A stretch of 64,000 nt of DNA from an uncultured delta proteobacterium (GTDB lineage Bacteria > Myxococcota_A > Polyangia > Haliangiales > Haliangiaceae): the NCBI GenBank assembly GCA_963848295.1, contig CAWKDB010000010.1:2624001-2688000 (forward strand). Reading direction: 5' to 3'. The position numbers were made by a program, and so were the translations under genes. Positions 42,029 through 51,701 of the stretch are shown piece after piece (positions within the stretch are counted from its first letter, which is position 1; the number at the start of each line of letters is the position of its first letter). Under the pieces are notes generated by a model that had not been told where the DNA came from, did not search any database, and was given only the letters and a program-made list of their open reading frames with translations.

Positions 42029-42385
42029 TTACAGCGCGGCGGCGAGCGTCGGTTGCGCCATCCGCGCGAGGTAGCGCGCCTTGCCGAAGTTGCCCTCGGG
42101 CGCGAGCGCGATCGCGACGAAGTACTGCGGCGACAACATCCGGCACACGAGCACGAGGCGTTGCGCTTTGACCGCGAGCTCTTCGAGCCCGCCGACCTGC
42201 AGGCTATCGCCGGCTTTGCGGACTTGACCGAGGATGAACGAGAACTCCATCCCGACGGTGTTGACGTCGACGCGGTCGTTCTGCCGCACGTACGTCTCGA
42301 CCGGAATGCCGTCGAGCCCCATCACCACCGCGGCGAGGCCGCCATCGATATTGTCGACGACTTTCTTGAGTGTTTCGGCGAACAA
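42029..42385 (-). CDS. Roadblock/LC7 protein, MglC-like polarity factor
   Basis: 118 aa, MGLDGIPVE and GNFGKARY roadblock pattern; synteny between pilQ and aroQ/acc. Confidence 0.75.
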   Translation of the reverse strand: MFAETLKKVVDNIDGGLAAVVMGLDGIPVETYVRQNDRVDVNTVGMEFSFILGQVRKAGDSLQVGGLEELAVKAQRLVLVCRMLSPQYFVAIALAPEGNFGKARYLARMAQPTLAAAL

Positions 42386-42533
42386 AAGTCCCTCACTCCA
42401 AGGCTACTGCACCTCGGGAGACGCACGCCAGGCATGGCGACGCCAATTGAGCCGGATCGATCAACAACGCGTCCGGCGAAGCAAGGACGCGTTGGTCCTT
42501 ACGGCGAAAGAGTCCCTTGAGGGCAATTCGCCG

Positions 42534-43331
42534 CTACATCGTCGTCGCCGGGCACACGAGCGTGTTGTTGGCCGCGTTCTCGCAACAAGCGATCTGACCA
42601 TCCTGATACGGGTTGCACGGGTTCGGCGTCGGCAACGTGCCGGTCGCCGGACACGATCCGACGCTGCTGAACACGCAGCCTTGACCGGTGCAGACCGTGA
42701 CGGGGAAATCCCAAGGCGCCGCGTCGATCTCGTCGCCCGCAAGCGTGCCGTACACGACGACATGCGCGGAGACCAGCGCCGAAAACTCGTTGCTCAGATC
42801 AGTTGCGTCGAAGCCCGAAGGCAGGATCCCGGAGAGCACGTCCGGCGGGATGAGCGGAAAGCCGACATTGGCCGTGGCTCCCGGCATCAGCGATGCGCTG
42901 AACTCGACGGTGAACTGATCGAGGCCGGCCGGAATCGCGCTACCGGTCGCCGGCATGGTGACGCCACCGGTCATCGTCACCGGATCGAGGAGCGTGAGCG
43001 ATACGCGCGCGCCCTGGATGTCGATCGTCTTGGCCAGGGTGTCGCTGTTCGAGCCGGTCGCGCTGCCTTCGCCCGGAGTCATCACCTGCAGGCGACTCTG
43101 GAGCAGCGGAAACGCCAAGTAGCCCTGAGTCGAAAGCGCGTTGATCGTGCCAGCCACGGTGAAGGCCTGCGTCGGATCGCCGGTGAACGTACAACCACCG
43201 CTCGTGGGCGGAGCCGTGTCGTTGAGCACGACGAAGCCTTCGTCGCCGGAGGTGGCGAGACAGCCGGTGGCTGCTACTGCGACGAGGCCCGAGACCAGGC
43301 CTGATTTGAGGATAGATAAACAGTGGGACAT
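42534..43331 (-). CDS. Putative lipoprotein with a Cys-rich C-terminus
   Basis: Lipobox-like AATGC; C-terminal C..GC...C...C...CC...C. Confidence 0.6.
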   Translation of the reverse strand: MSHCLSILKSGLVSGLVAVAATGCLATSGDEGFVVLNDTAPPTSGGCTFTGDPTQAFTVAGTINALSTQGYLAFPLLQSRLQVMTPGEGSATGSNSDTLAKTIDIQGARVSLTLLDPVTMTGGVTMPATGSAIPAGLDQFTVEFSASLMPGATANVGFPLIPPDVLSGILPSGFDATDLSNEFSALVSAHVVVYGTLAGDEIDAAPWDFPVTVCTGQGCVFSSVGSCPATGTLPTPNPCNPYQDGQIACCENAANNTLVCPATTM

Positions 43332-43352
43332 AGGTCCTCCAGAAAAATCGTA

Positions 43353-44936
43353 TCAAGCGGCGAGCACTGCGCGCAAAATTCTTCGTAGCTCATCGACGGC
43401 GATCGCGACGGGCTCACACGAGCCCACCTCGCGCACCGCGATGAAGCGCACTGTAGGTCCGGTACGCTTCTTGTCGACGGCAAGCCGTGCCAACGCGTCG
43501 TCAGTTAGATATGCGCGCGGGTCCGAAGGCAGACCGGTGCAGTCGAGCGCGGCGGCCACCTCGCCGGCGAGCGCCAAGTCGCACAACCCCAGCGCCGCCG
43601 ACACGCGGCACGCGGCGACCAACCCGAGGCCAACTGCCTCGCCATGGTGGATGCCCGACGCGGCCTCGATCGCATGGCCGACCGTGTGGCCGAGGTTGAG
43701 CAGTGCGCGGTGACCGGTGAGCTCGTGCTCGTCGCGGCCGACGATCGCCGCCTTGTAGGCGATCGAGCGCTCGATCACGTCGCGCAGGATCGGCGGTGGC
43801 TCGCCGCCGTGGTTCGCCCACGGCGTGCACGCGTCGACCGCGCGCCACAGATCGCCGCCGTCGAGCAGCGCGTATTTCCACAGCTCGCCGAAGCCGGCGC
43901 GCCGCTCGCGGACCGGCAGCGTCGCCAGCGTTGCGAGGTTGCACCACACCAGGCGCGGCTGATGAAACGCGCCGACGAGGTTCTTGCCGGCGGGCAGGTC
44001 GAGCGCGGTCTTGCCACCGATCGCCGCATCGACCATCGCGACGAGCGTGGTCGGGAATTGAATCACGGGGATCCCGCGGAACAGGGTCGCCGCGACGAAG
44101 CCGACGAGATCGCCGACGACGCCACCGCCGAGCGCGAGCATCGTCGACGAGCGATCGAGCCCGAGCGCGACGAGCTCGCCGCACAGGTGCTCGTAGGCCG
44201 CGATCGACTTGCTCGCCTCGCCAGGCGCGATCGTCGTGGCATGCGTCGTGATCGTCGTGCCGGCGAACGTCGCGAGCAGCGCGTGCATGTGCGGATGCAC
44301 GATGTTGTCGTCGGCCACGAGGCCGGCGGACGTGTTGGCGGCGAGGATCGGGAGCTCGAATCCGTCCGCGAGGATGACCGGATAGCTGCGCTCGCCGAGC
44401 GCGACGATCGTCGCATCACGGTGATGAGACGGCAGCGCGGACCACACGCGCTCGACCGCGTGCACGTGCTGCACGATGTTGGCGATCGATCGGCCCGTCG
44501 TATCGACGACCGCGTGAGCACGGCGATAGCTCGGCGCTCGGCTCGCGGCGAGGCGCGCGGCGTTCGCGAGCAGCGGTCGCGGTGGGCCACCCTGGGCCTC
44601 GGCTCGCGCTTGGGCGTCTGCGACGTCGACGCCGAGCGCGACCACCAGCCCCGCCGCGCGCATCCGATCGAGGTTACCTCCGTGCGCCGCGCAGCCGCCG
44701 CCGGTCGCGATGATCGGCCCGTCCCCGGAGGCGGCGATCGCCTCGCGCAACACCTCGGCTTCGACCGCGCGAAACGCGTTCTCGTCGCTCTCGACCAGCG
44801 TCGCGACCGGCGTGCCGCGCTCCGCGATCACGTCATCGAGATCGATGAACCGGCGCTTGGTCCGAGCAGCGAGCGCGCGGCCGACCGAGGTCTTGCCCGC
44901 GGCCATGAAGCCGATGAGAAAGACAGGCGTGGCCAC
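43353..44936 (-). CDS. aroKB: Bifunctional shikimate kinase / 3-dehydroquinate synthase
   Basis: N-terminal GFMAAGKT, DLD, ATGGG, RPLL; C-terminal GGGVVGDL.GF, PTTL..MVDAAIGGKT, LNLGHTVGHAIE. Confidence 0.93.
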   Translation of the reverse strand: MATPVFLIGFMAAGKTSVGRALAARTKRRFIDLDDVIAERGTPVATLVESDENAFRAVEAEVLREAIAASGDGPIIATGGGCAAHGGNLDRMRAAGLVVALGVDVADAQARAEAQGGPPRPLLANAARLAASRAPSYRRAHAVVDTTGRSIANIVQHVHAVERVWSALPSHHRDATIVALGERSYPVILADGFELPILAANTSAGLVADDNIVHPHMHALLATFAGTTITTHATTIAPGEASKSIAAYEHLCGELVALGLDRSSTMLALGGGVVGDLVGFVAATLFRGIPVIQFPTTLVAMVDAAIGGKTALDLPAGKNLVGAFHQPRLVWCNLATLATLPVRERRAGFGELWKYALLDGGDLWRAVDACTPWANHGGEPPPILRDVIERSIAYKAAIVGRDEHELTGHRALLNLGHTVGHAIEAASGIHHGEAVGLGLVAACRVSAALGLCDLALAGEVAAALDCTGLPSDPRAYLTDDALARLAVDKKRTGPTVRFIAVREVGSCEPVAIAVDELRRILRAVLAA

Positions 44937-44976
44937 AGCTCTAGTCTACGTCGACGTTGACCGGCGCGTCGTCGAG

Positions 44977-47900
44977 TTATTGCGTGCAGCGTAGCGCGGC
45001 GCGGTTCGTGATCTTCGGCGTCATGAACACGAGCAGCTCGCCGCGGTTGTCGGTCTCGGTCCGGCGCTTGAACAGCCAGCCCAGCACCGGCAGGTCGCCG
45101 AAGAACGGGATCTTCGAGTACTGCACGCCCGTGCTGCGCGTGTAGATACCGCCGAGCACCGAGGTCTCGCCATCGTGCACCAACATGCGCGTATGCGCTT
45201 CCTTGCGTTGGATCGTCGGGATGCCGTTCGCGCTCGTATGCGTGAAGTCAGGCTGGTTGTTCGTGACGTTGAGATCCATCGCGATCGTGCAGTCGCTCTG
45301 CGAGACGTACGGCTTGACCGTGAGGCTCAAGTCGGCCTGGACGAACTGCGTGTTCGTACCGGCCGCGGACACCACCGAGATCGGTACCGAGGTGCCTTGC
45401 GCGATCTTCGCCTCGCGACCGTTCAACACCGTGACCTTCGGCGCCGAGATGATGCGCACCGTGCCGTTGTCCTCGAGCGCAGACAAGCGCAGATTGATGT
45501 TGAAGTTGCCCGCGAGCGATCCGAGCGAGAAGCCGATCGCACCGCCGGCGCCGGAGCCGGTGGCCGCCGGCAGGTTGACCGCAAAATCCGACGGGCTCGC
45601 GACGCCGGCGCTGATCGTGTTCTGATCGACGTTGCCACCGGCGATGCCGATCGACGACGGGAACGTCAGGCCGGTGGCATTGCCGCCGCCCGCACCTGCG
45701 AGCGCGTTACCGCCCCACTGGATGCCGATGTCCCGCGTGAAGTTCGAGTCGGCCTCGACGATGCGCGCTTCGACCGTGATCTGCGGAGTCTGCGTGTCGA
45801 GCTGGAGCGCGAGCTGCGCGATCTGCTGCCGGTTGCCGGCCACGTCGTTGATGATCAGCGCGTTCGTGCGGTCGTCGACCTCGAGCTTGCCCTTCGGCGA
45901 CAGCATGCCGTCGAGCTTCGGCTTGAGCTCGCTCGCGGTCGCGTAGTTGAGGCGCAAGATCTCGGGGCGGGGCGACTCGGCCTTGATCGCGGCTTCGCGC
46001 CGAGCGGCCTCGGCCTCGTCTTCAGCATCGAGCTCCTTGCGCGGCGCGACCCGGAAGATGTTGCCTTCGCGGCGGTACCACAAGCCGTGCGACGACAGGA
46101 TCACGTCGAGCGCCTGGTCCCAAGGCACGTGCTTGAGGCTGACCGTGACCTTCGCGTCGACCGTCTCGGGCACGACGAGGCTGATGTGACCGACCGACGC
46201 GATCGTGCGCAGCAGATCGTGAATCGGCGCGTCCTTGAAATCGAGATCGACCGTGGCGCCGTGATAGATCCGGCGCCGCGCGTTCAGACCGTTCGGCGGC
46301 GGCACCTGCGAGACCGACTGCTGAGCGATCGGCGTCGACGCTGCACCGAAGCCGCTGACGATCGGCGGCGGCATCTCCTGCGTGCGCGGCCCGGGCGATT
46401 TCTTCGCGATCTGGCCGATGCCGGCGAACATCACGCGCGCACCCGCGCGGTCGCGCTCGATGGTCGGCGTGACCGGCGCGCCGAGCTCGGCGACGATGTG
46501 GACGAGACCGGGCTGTCGACGATCGTGGAACGACGACACGCTGCGCACGGGACCACCGAAGGCCGAGACGTCGAGCTTGCGCTCGAGCCTGGCGGCGAGA
46601 TCGGCACGATCGATCACGAGCTCGACGAACCTCGGCGTCACCTCGCCGAGCCTCACATCGGCGTCGCCGACGATCGCGAGCTGGACTTCGCCGCCGTCGG
46701 TGTTGGGGGTGAATCTGACGTCATTGATCTGCGCGTTCTTCGCGCTCGGCGCGGGCGCCGTCTTCGCGACCACGACCGGCGCTGCCGCGACCTTTGCGAT
46801 CGGAGCCGGTGCGGGCGTCGGCGCAAGTGCCCAGACCGGAGTCGCGGCGATCTGCTGCTGGACCGTCAACTTCTTGGCTTGGAGCAGAGCGAGCTCCTGC
46901 TCTTCATCCGTGCGCTTCTGGGCGAGCTGCGCGCGGCGGTTCTCTTCTCGATCCGCGGCGTCCTTCGCTTGCATCGCGACCGTCTCGAGCCGAGCGACCT
47001 CGGCTTGCTGCGACGTCACGGCCCTGCGGCGTTCGGCGAGCTCGGTCTCGGCGTGCTTGCGCTCGATCTCGATCTTTGCGGCCGCAGCGTTCGCCTTCGC
47101 GAGCTCGTCCTCGCCCGCTTTACGCGCCTTGACCGCGGCGACTTGCTCCTGCGCTCTCGCTTCGGCCTTCGCACGCTCTTCGACTGCGGTGGCGGCCTTC
47201 TCGGCGGCGGCGCGGCGATCCATCAGCTCGGCCAAGCTCGTCTCGGCGACGTGCTGCGCACCGAGCGCATCCTTCGCCGACTTCTCGGCGATCGCGCGCT
47301 GGTGCTCGGCGGCGTCCTTCGCGACCTGGGCGGCATGGGCCGCCTGCTCGGCGGCGACGCGCTGCGCCTCCGCAGCGAACCGCTGCTGTTCGGCCTGTCC
47401 GCGGCGTTGCGCCGCTTCGCTCGCGGCGACCTCGGCGAGACGTTGGCGCTTCGCGGCTTCGGTCGCCGCCGCCTCGGCTTCGCTGCGCTTGCGCGTGGCA
47501 TCGCTGGCCGCGGCTTCTGCTTCGCCGCGCTTGCGCACGGCGTCGGTCGCCGCCGCTTCGGCGGTCTGACGATCGTGATCGATCGACGACAGCGATACCC
47601 TCGACCGATCGAGCTGGTCCTTCGCCTTGTCCGCGGCGGTCTCGGCGGCAATGCGGTGGGCCTCGGCCTCTTGGGTCGCGCGCTCGGCCTGGGCGAGCCG
47701 CTGCTCGGCAGCCTTCGCCTCGGCGACGAGCCGGGCCCGTTCGGAGGCGGCTTGCGTCGTCGACTGGTCGCGCGCTTGTTGCGCGTGTTGCGCCGCCGCT
47801 TCGGCGGCGAGCCGCTCCTGAACGGCGCGATTCGCCTCGTTGCGCGCGTTCTCTTCGCGCGCCTGAGCCTCGGCGTTCGCGGTGCGCGCCTGATCTTCGA

Positions 47901-49224
47901 GAGCTTGGGCCGCCGCGGTCTTCTTCGCGAGTGCCGCGACCTGGTCCTTCGCACTCGCGACCATCTTCTCGGCATCCGCGCGCGTCGCGAGCGCTTCGCG
48001 CTTCTCCGCCTCGGCTTCGCGCTTATCGGCAGAGGCCGCCGCTCGCGCCGCATCGGCCTGAACCCGGATCGCGTCGGCGCTGCTCTTCTCGCGCGCCGCA
48101 TCGGCCTTCGCGGCATCGGCGTCGGCGTGCGCCTTCTGCGCCTCGTCGCGAGCCATCGCGACGTCCTCGCGCGCCTTCGCGATCTCGTTCGACATCTCGG
48201 TCTTGAGCTCCTGCGCCTCGCGGAGCGCGTGGGCGGTCTCGCTCTTCGCCTGCCGCAGCTGCGCATCCGCCGCGCGCTTCGCCTGCTCGGCTGCCGCGCG
48301 CGTTCGTTCGGCGTCCGCTTGCGCGGTCGCCGCCGCATCGTTGGCCTTCGCGACGTCGGCCTTCGCCTTCACCATATCGGAGCTCGCCCTCGCGGCTTCG
48401 GCCTTCGCGCGCGCGGCATCGTTCTGCGCGGTCATAGCGGCACTCCGAGCGGCGAGCGCGGCCACTTTGGCGCGCTCGAGATCGGCGATGGTCGCGACGT
48501 TCTTGCTCTGGAGTTGCTTGGCATCGTCGAGCGCGCGCTGGGCTGCCTCGGCACGCGCCGTCGCTCTCGCCGCCTGGTCTTGCGCCGCCGCGCTGACTCG
48601 CTCCGCTTGCGCGCGCGCCTGCTCGGCTTGGCTCTTCGCTTGCTCGGCCTGGCTCTTCGCTTGCTCGGCTTGCGTCTTCGCTTGCTCGGCCTGCGTCTTC
48701 GCTTGCTCGGCCGACGCGGCCTGCTTGCGCGCGGCTTCGAGCTCGGCCGGGTTCGCGGTTTTCGGCGCGGCGTCGCGCGCCACCACCGTCACGATCACCT
48801 CGTTGCCGTCGGTCTTGACGTCGTAGCGACCGGGCCGGGCGAGCGTCACGATCACCCGGACGACGTCGCCTCCGTCTTCGAGTTGCTGCGCCGCGATCGT
48901 GCTCACCGCCCAGGTGTTCGGACTCAACACCATCGAGCTGTCGTGGCCGCGTACGGCCTCGGCGAGTCGGGCTTGCGGCACGTCGATCACGACGCGCGTA
49001 GGTTTTTCGAGCTTGTAGACCGTGAACGTCGGAGTTTGCGCGCCGCGGACATGGACGCGAGTGGCGCCTCCGTCCTCGTCGAAGGTCACCCCGCGCACCT
49101 CGTTCTTGTCATCCCTCGTCAGGGACTTCCCGGGCGCATCCGCCCGAACGGGCGGAGCCGTCGCGGCGAGTGCGGCGGCGACGAACGCGACGAACCAGAT
49201 CTGTGGGCTACCCGTCGATGTCAT
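44977..49224 (-). CDS. pilQ: Type IV pilus secretin PilQ with a ~630-aa Ala/Glu/Lys/Arg-rich coiled-coil insertion (1,415 aa)
   Basis: Signal peptide, AMIN-like domains, LDFKDAPI...VPWDQALD N0 domain, secretin domain (QITVEARIVEA...KIPFFGDLPVLGWLFK...ELLVFMTP). Confidence 0.93.
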   Translation of the reverse strand: MTSTGSPQIWFVAFVAAALAATAPPVRADAPGKSLTRDDKNEVRGVTFDEDGGATRVHVRGAQTPTFTVYKLEKPTRVVIDVPQARLAEAVRGHDSSMVLSPNTWAVSTIAAQQLEDGGDVVRVIVTLARPGRYDVKTDGNEVIVTVVARDAAPKTANPAELEAARKQAASAEQAKTQAEQAKTQAEQAKSQAEQAKSQAEQARAQAERVSAAAQDQAARATARAEAAQRALDDAKQLQSKNVATIADLERAKVAALAARSAAMTAQNDAARAKAEAARASSDMVKAKADVAKANDAAATAQADAERTRAAAEQAKRAADAQLRQAKSETAHALREAQELKTEMSNEIAKAREDVAMARDEAQKAHADADAAKADAAREKSSADAIRVQADAARAAASADKREAEAEKREALATRADAEKMVASAKDQVAALAKKTAAAQALEDQARTANAEAQAREENARNEANRAVQERLAAEAAAQHAQQARDQSTTQAASERARLVAEAKAAEQRLAQAERATQEAEAHRIAAETAADKAKDQLDRSRVSLSSIDHDRQTAEAAATDAVRKRGEAEAAASDATRKRSEAEAAATEAAKRQRLAEVAASEAAQRRGQAEQQRFAAEAQRVAAEQAAHAAQVAKDAAEHQRAIAEKSAKDALGAQHVAETSLAELMDRRAAAEKAATAVEERAKAEARAQEQVAAVKARKAGEDELAKANAAAAKIEIERKHAETELAERRRAVTSQQAEVARLETVAMQAKDAADREENRRAQLAQKRTDEEQELALLQAKKLTVQQQIAATPVWALAPTPAPAPIAKVAAAPVVVAKTAPAPSAKNAQINDVRFTPNTDGGEVQLAIVGDADVRLGEVTPRFVELVIDRADLAARLERKLDVSAFGGPVRSVSSFHDRRQPGLVHIVAELGAPVTPTIERDRAGARVMFAGIGQIAKKSPGPRTQEMPPPIVSGFGAASTPIAQQSVSQVPPPNGLNARRRIYHGATVDLDFKDAPIHDLLRTIASVGHISLVVPETVDAKVTVSLKHVPWDQALDVILSSHGLWYRREGNIFRVAPRKELDAEDEAEAARREAAIKAESPRPEILRLNYATASELKPKLDGMLSPKGKLEVDDRTNALIINDVAGNRQQIAQLALQLDTQTPQITVEARIVEADSNFTRDIGIQWGGNALAGAGGGNATGLTFPSSIGIAGGNVDQNTISAGVASPSDFAVNLPAATGSGAGGAIGFSLGSLAGNFNINLRLSALEDNGTVRIISAPKVTVLNGREAKIAQGTSVPISVVSAAGTNTQFVQADLSLTVKPYVSQSDCTIAMDLNVTNNQPDFTHTSANGIPTIQRKEAHTRMLVHDGETSVLGGIYTRSTGVQYSKIPFFGDLPVLGWLFKRRTETDNRGELLVFMTPKITNRAALRCTQ
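48607..48711. repeat. Imperfect 21-bp tandem repeat x5 encoding the heptad AEQA(K/R)(T/S/A)Q in PilQ
   Basis: Protein reads AEQAKTQ AEQAKTQ AEQAKSQ AEQAKSQ AEQARAQ. Confidence 0.85.
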
Positions 49225-49347
49225 TGGCGACTCCTGTCGCGAGGTGGTCGACGGACGCGGCGTCGCGTAGGACGCAGCTTCCGCGATCGACCGCGCGGCT
49301 GGAAAAATTGTCACCCGGCGAGAGTCCGGATCACAACTTTTCGCTAC

Positions 49348-50208
49348 TCACGGTCTCCCGGTGCCTTGGCGGGCGGGCTCGGCTCGCCCCGGGGTCGTCG
49401 GCGTCACCGGCTGCATCGACCTCGGCGTCACGACCGGCGCGCTCGAGTCGGGAGGCGGCGTGTTACTCGTCGGCGTCTTGAGCCCGCCGGGGTAGAGCTC
49501 GACCGAGTGAACCTCGTCGGGGCGCGGCGCCGCGTTCGAGCTCGCGTTCGCATCGGGATGGACCTGGAACGTGACGTAGCCACCGGTATCGGCGTCGCCG
49601 GTGCCGATCTCGCGCACGACCGCCTTCTCTTTGCCGACGCAATCGCCGCGCTTGATCAGCTGGCCGTAGTTGCTCGGATCCATCATCAGGACCTGGCGCT
49701 GGGTGCCGCGCGAGACGATGCCGACCAACCGGAGGTCCTGATAGCTGTAGGTCGAAGCGACCATCTGTTCCTTGCTGCATTCTTTCGTGCGATCGATCGG
49801 CAAGGGCGTGCCGGCGCCGTTGGTCTCGCGTCCGGCTGGCACGAGCACGAACGACTCGAATGGATCGCGATTCAGCTCGGGCGCGAAGTCGCGCATCGTC
49901 AGCGTCTCGCGGATCGTGTCGCGCTCTTGGCATGGCTCGCAGTGGAACCCCGCGGTTGTCTGCAAGCAGTAACCGGTGTCGCACGTCGGTGCTTTCGGGT
50001 CGCACACCGGGCCGTCGATCTTGTCAGGGAGCGGACACTGCACGAGGTCTTCGACGTGGACGCGTTGCTCGAGCTTCTTCGCGTTCGGGTTCGCCGCCGC
50101 GGCGGCCGCGGCTGCGGGGTGCGCGCCCGGTGCGCCGGGCGGTGGAGCATCGTCGCCGCACGCGCCGACGGCGCCGAGCACGAGGAGCATGAGGCCGAAG
50201 GGCTTCAT
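49348..50208 (-). CDS. pilP: Type IV pilus assembly lipoprotein PilP with a Cys-rich insert
   Basis: Lipobox VGAC; RDPF motif; L.LVGIV...MMDP...G..IKRGD.VG; position between pilO and pilQ. Confidence 0.85.
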   Translation of the reverse strand: MKPFGLMLLVLGAVGACGDDAPPPGAPGAHPAAAAAAAANPNAKKLEQRVHVEDLVQCPLPDKIDGPVCDPKAPTCDTGYCLQTTAGFHCEPCQERDTIRETLTMRDFAPELNRDPFESFVLVPAGRETNGAGTPLPIDRTKECSKEQMVASTYSYQDLRLVGIVSRGTQRQVLMMDPSNYGQLIKRGDCVGKEKAVVREIGTGDADTGGYVTFQVHPDANASSNAAPRPDEVHSVELYPGGLKTPTSNTPPPDSSAPVVTPRSMQPVTPTTPGRAEPARQGTGRP

Positions 50209-51053
50209 CACAGGCTTCCCTTCGGCTTGCCCGAGCCATCGCCGGTCGGCGCGTTGCGAGTGCGAGCCTCGTCCTTTTGCATCGCGTTGTCGGCGGCGGC
50301 TTTGACCGCGGCCGGGGTCGCCGGCGTCGTGGTCGGCTGCGGCGGATTCGCGGGCATCGGCGCGGGCCTCGGCGCGGGCAGCGCAGGCGCGCCACCCGCA
50401 GGTGCGGCCCCCGCGGCACCCGGTTGACCGGGCGCAGGCGGCTTCTTCAGCTCCTGGCGGAACGTCGCGGCGGTGAACTTCGCGGTGAGCACGATCTCGC
50501 GGTTGCGCACGACCGGGTTCGACAGAGATAGATTTTCGATCGACACGATGCGATCGAGCTCTTCGGGCTGATCGGTTTTCGGCGCGGACTTGTCCCTCTT
50601 CTTCGGCAGGAGCGAAGCAAAGAACCGCTCGATCTGCATGTACGTGCCGGTCATCTCGATCTCGATCGGCACGCGCACGAACGATTCGACACTCGCGGGG
50701 GTGCCCTCCTTCCACTTCGTGACCTCGACGCCGGCCTCGGTGACCTTGCGGTTCAACGTCTCGAAGAACGCCGGTAGCTCGGCTTCGGTCGGCAGCGCCT
50801 TGTCGTTCGCGTTGATCTGGTCGCGCAGCTTCACGATGTCGCGCTTGATGTCCGCAAACTCCGGAATCTCGCGCTCGAGCTTCGCGTTGAGCGCGACCTT
50901 GGTGTCGTGCTCGCCCTTCGCCTCCGCGAGCTCGGCCTTGAGCGGCTTGTATCCGAACTGGAAATACACCAACCCGAGCAGGGCCGCGCCGACGACGAAC
51001 ACGAGCACCTTGCGCTCGGTCGGCAACCTGGCGAAGTCGGCCATGACCGCCAT
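50208..51053 (-). CDS. pilO: Type IV pilus assembly protein PilO
   Basis: TM + coiled coil + LPTEAELP..., PIEIEMTGTY..., RIVSIENL. Confidence 0.9.
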   Translation of the reverse strand: MAVMADFARLPTERKVLVFVVGAALLGLVYFQFGYKPLKAELAEAKGEHDTKVALNAKLEREIPEFADIKRDIVKLRDQINANDKALPTEAELPAFFETLNRKVTEAGVEVTKWKEGTPASVESFVRVPIEIEMTGTYMQIERFFASLLPKKRDKSAPKTDQPEELDRIVSIENLSLSNPVVRNREIVLTAKFTAATFRQELKKPPAPGQPGAAGAAPAGGAPALPAPRPAPMPANPPQPTTTPATPAAVKAAADNAMQKDEARTRNAPTGDGSGKPKGSL

Positions 51054-51700
51054 CAGTAGGCCACCTTTCCGGTGATCGTGAAGCGGTAGTAGTTGAGCCC
51101 GCTGTCCTTGTCGGTCGCGCGCTCTTCAGCCGACGGCGCGACATCGAGGAAGTACGCCGAGGCCGCGAGTCGTTTCGACAACTGGGTGACGTCGGACTCC
51201 GACTGCGCTCCGCCTTCGAGCGTCACCGAACCTTCCTTGTCGGTGAACGCGGTGATCCAGACGTGGCTCGGATCCCAGTCGGTCTGGAACTTCTTGTTCG
51301 AGTCGCCACCATCGCCGGTCAACCGCGTCATCAACTGCGTCATCGTCGGCCCCTTCGCGGTCAACACGCGGCCGAGCTCGTGCAGGATGTTCGCCGGCAC
51401 GACCATCGTGCCGTTGAGATGGTTGATCGCCTGGATCCGCTCGGCGGCCTCGTCCTTCGCCGCTTTCAGCGTGTCGTAGCCGACGAGCTGCTTGTTGTTC
51501 GACTGGATCGAACTATTCAGATCCTTGGTCGCGGCGCGGTAATCGGCGATGTCGTTCCGCTTCGGGCGATCGAACACCAGGTACACCACCGCAGCAGCGG
51601 CGATGACCGCGATCACGCCGACGAGGAAGTCTCGCGTTCCGGGCTCGGCCGCTTGCGGGCGCTTTGCTCGCTTTTGCGGGAGGAGGTTGATCTTGATCAT
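51053..51700 (-). CDS. pilN: Type IV pilus assembly protein PilN
   Basis: MIKINLLP signature, TM, coiled coil. Confidence 0.92.
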   Translation of the reverse strand: MIKINLLPQKRAKRPQAAEPGTRDFLVGVIAVIAAAAVVYLVFDRPKRNDIADYRAATKDLNSSIQSNNKQLVGYDTLKAAKDEAAERIQAINHLNGTMVVPANILHELGRVLTAKGPTMTQLMTRLTGDGGDSNKKFQTDWDPSHVWITAFTDKEGSVTLEGGAQSESDVTQLSKRLAASAYFLDVAPSAEERATDKDSGLNYYRFTITGKVAY

Positions 51701-51701
51701 G

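Noticed and set aside
45175..50427. 1,750-aa plus-strand ORF and other long antisense ORFs (e.g. 13874-17533, 10388-12607, 25368-27788)
   Set aside because: Shadow frames of real high-GC genes on the opposite strand; no motifs
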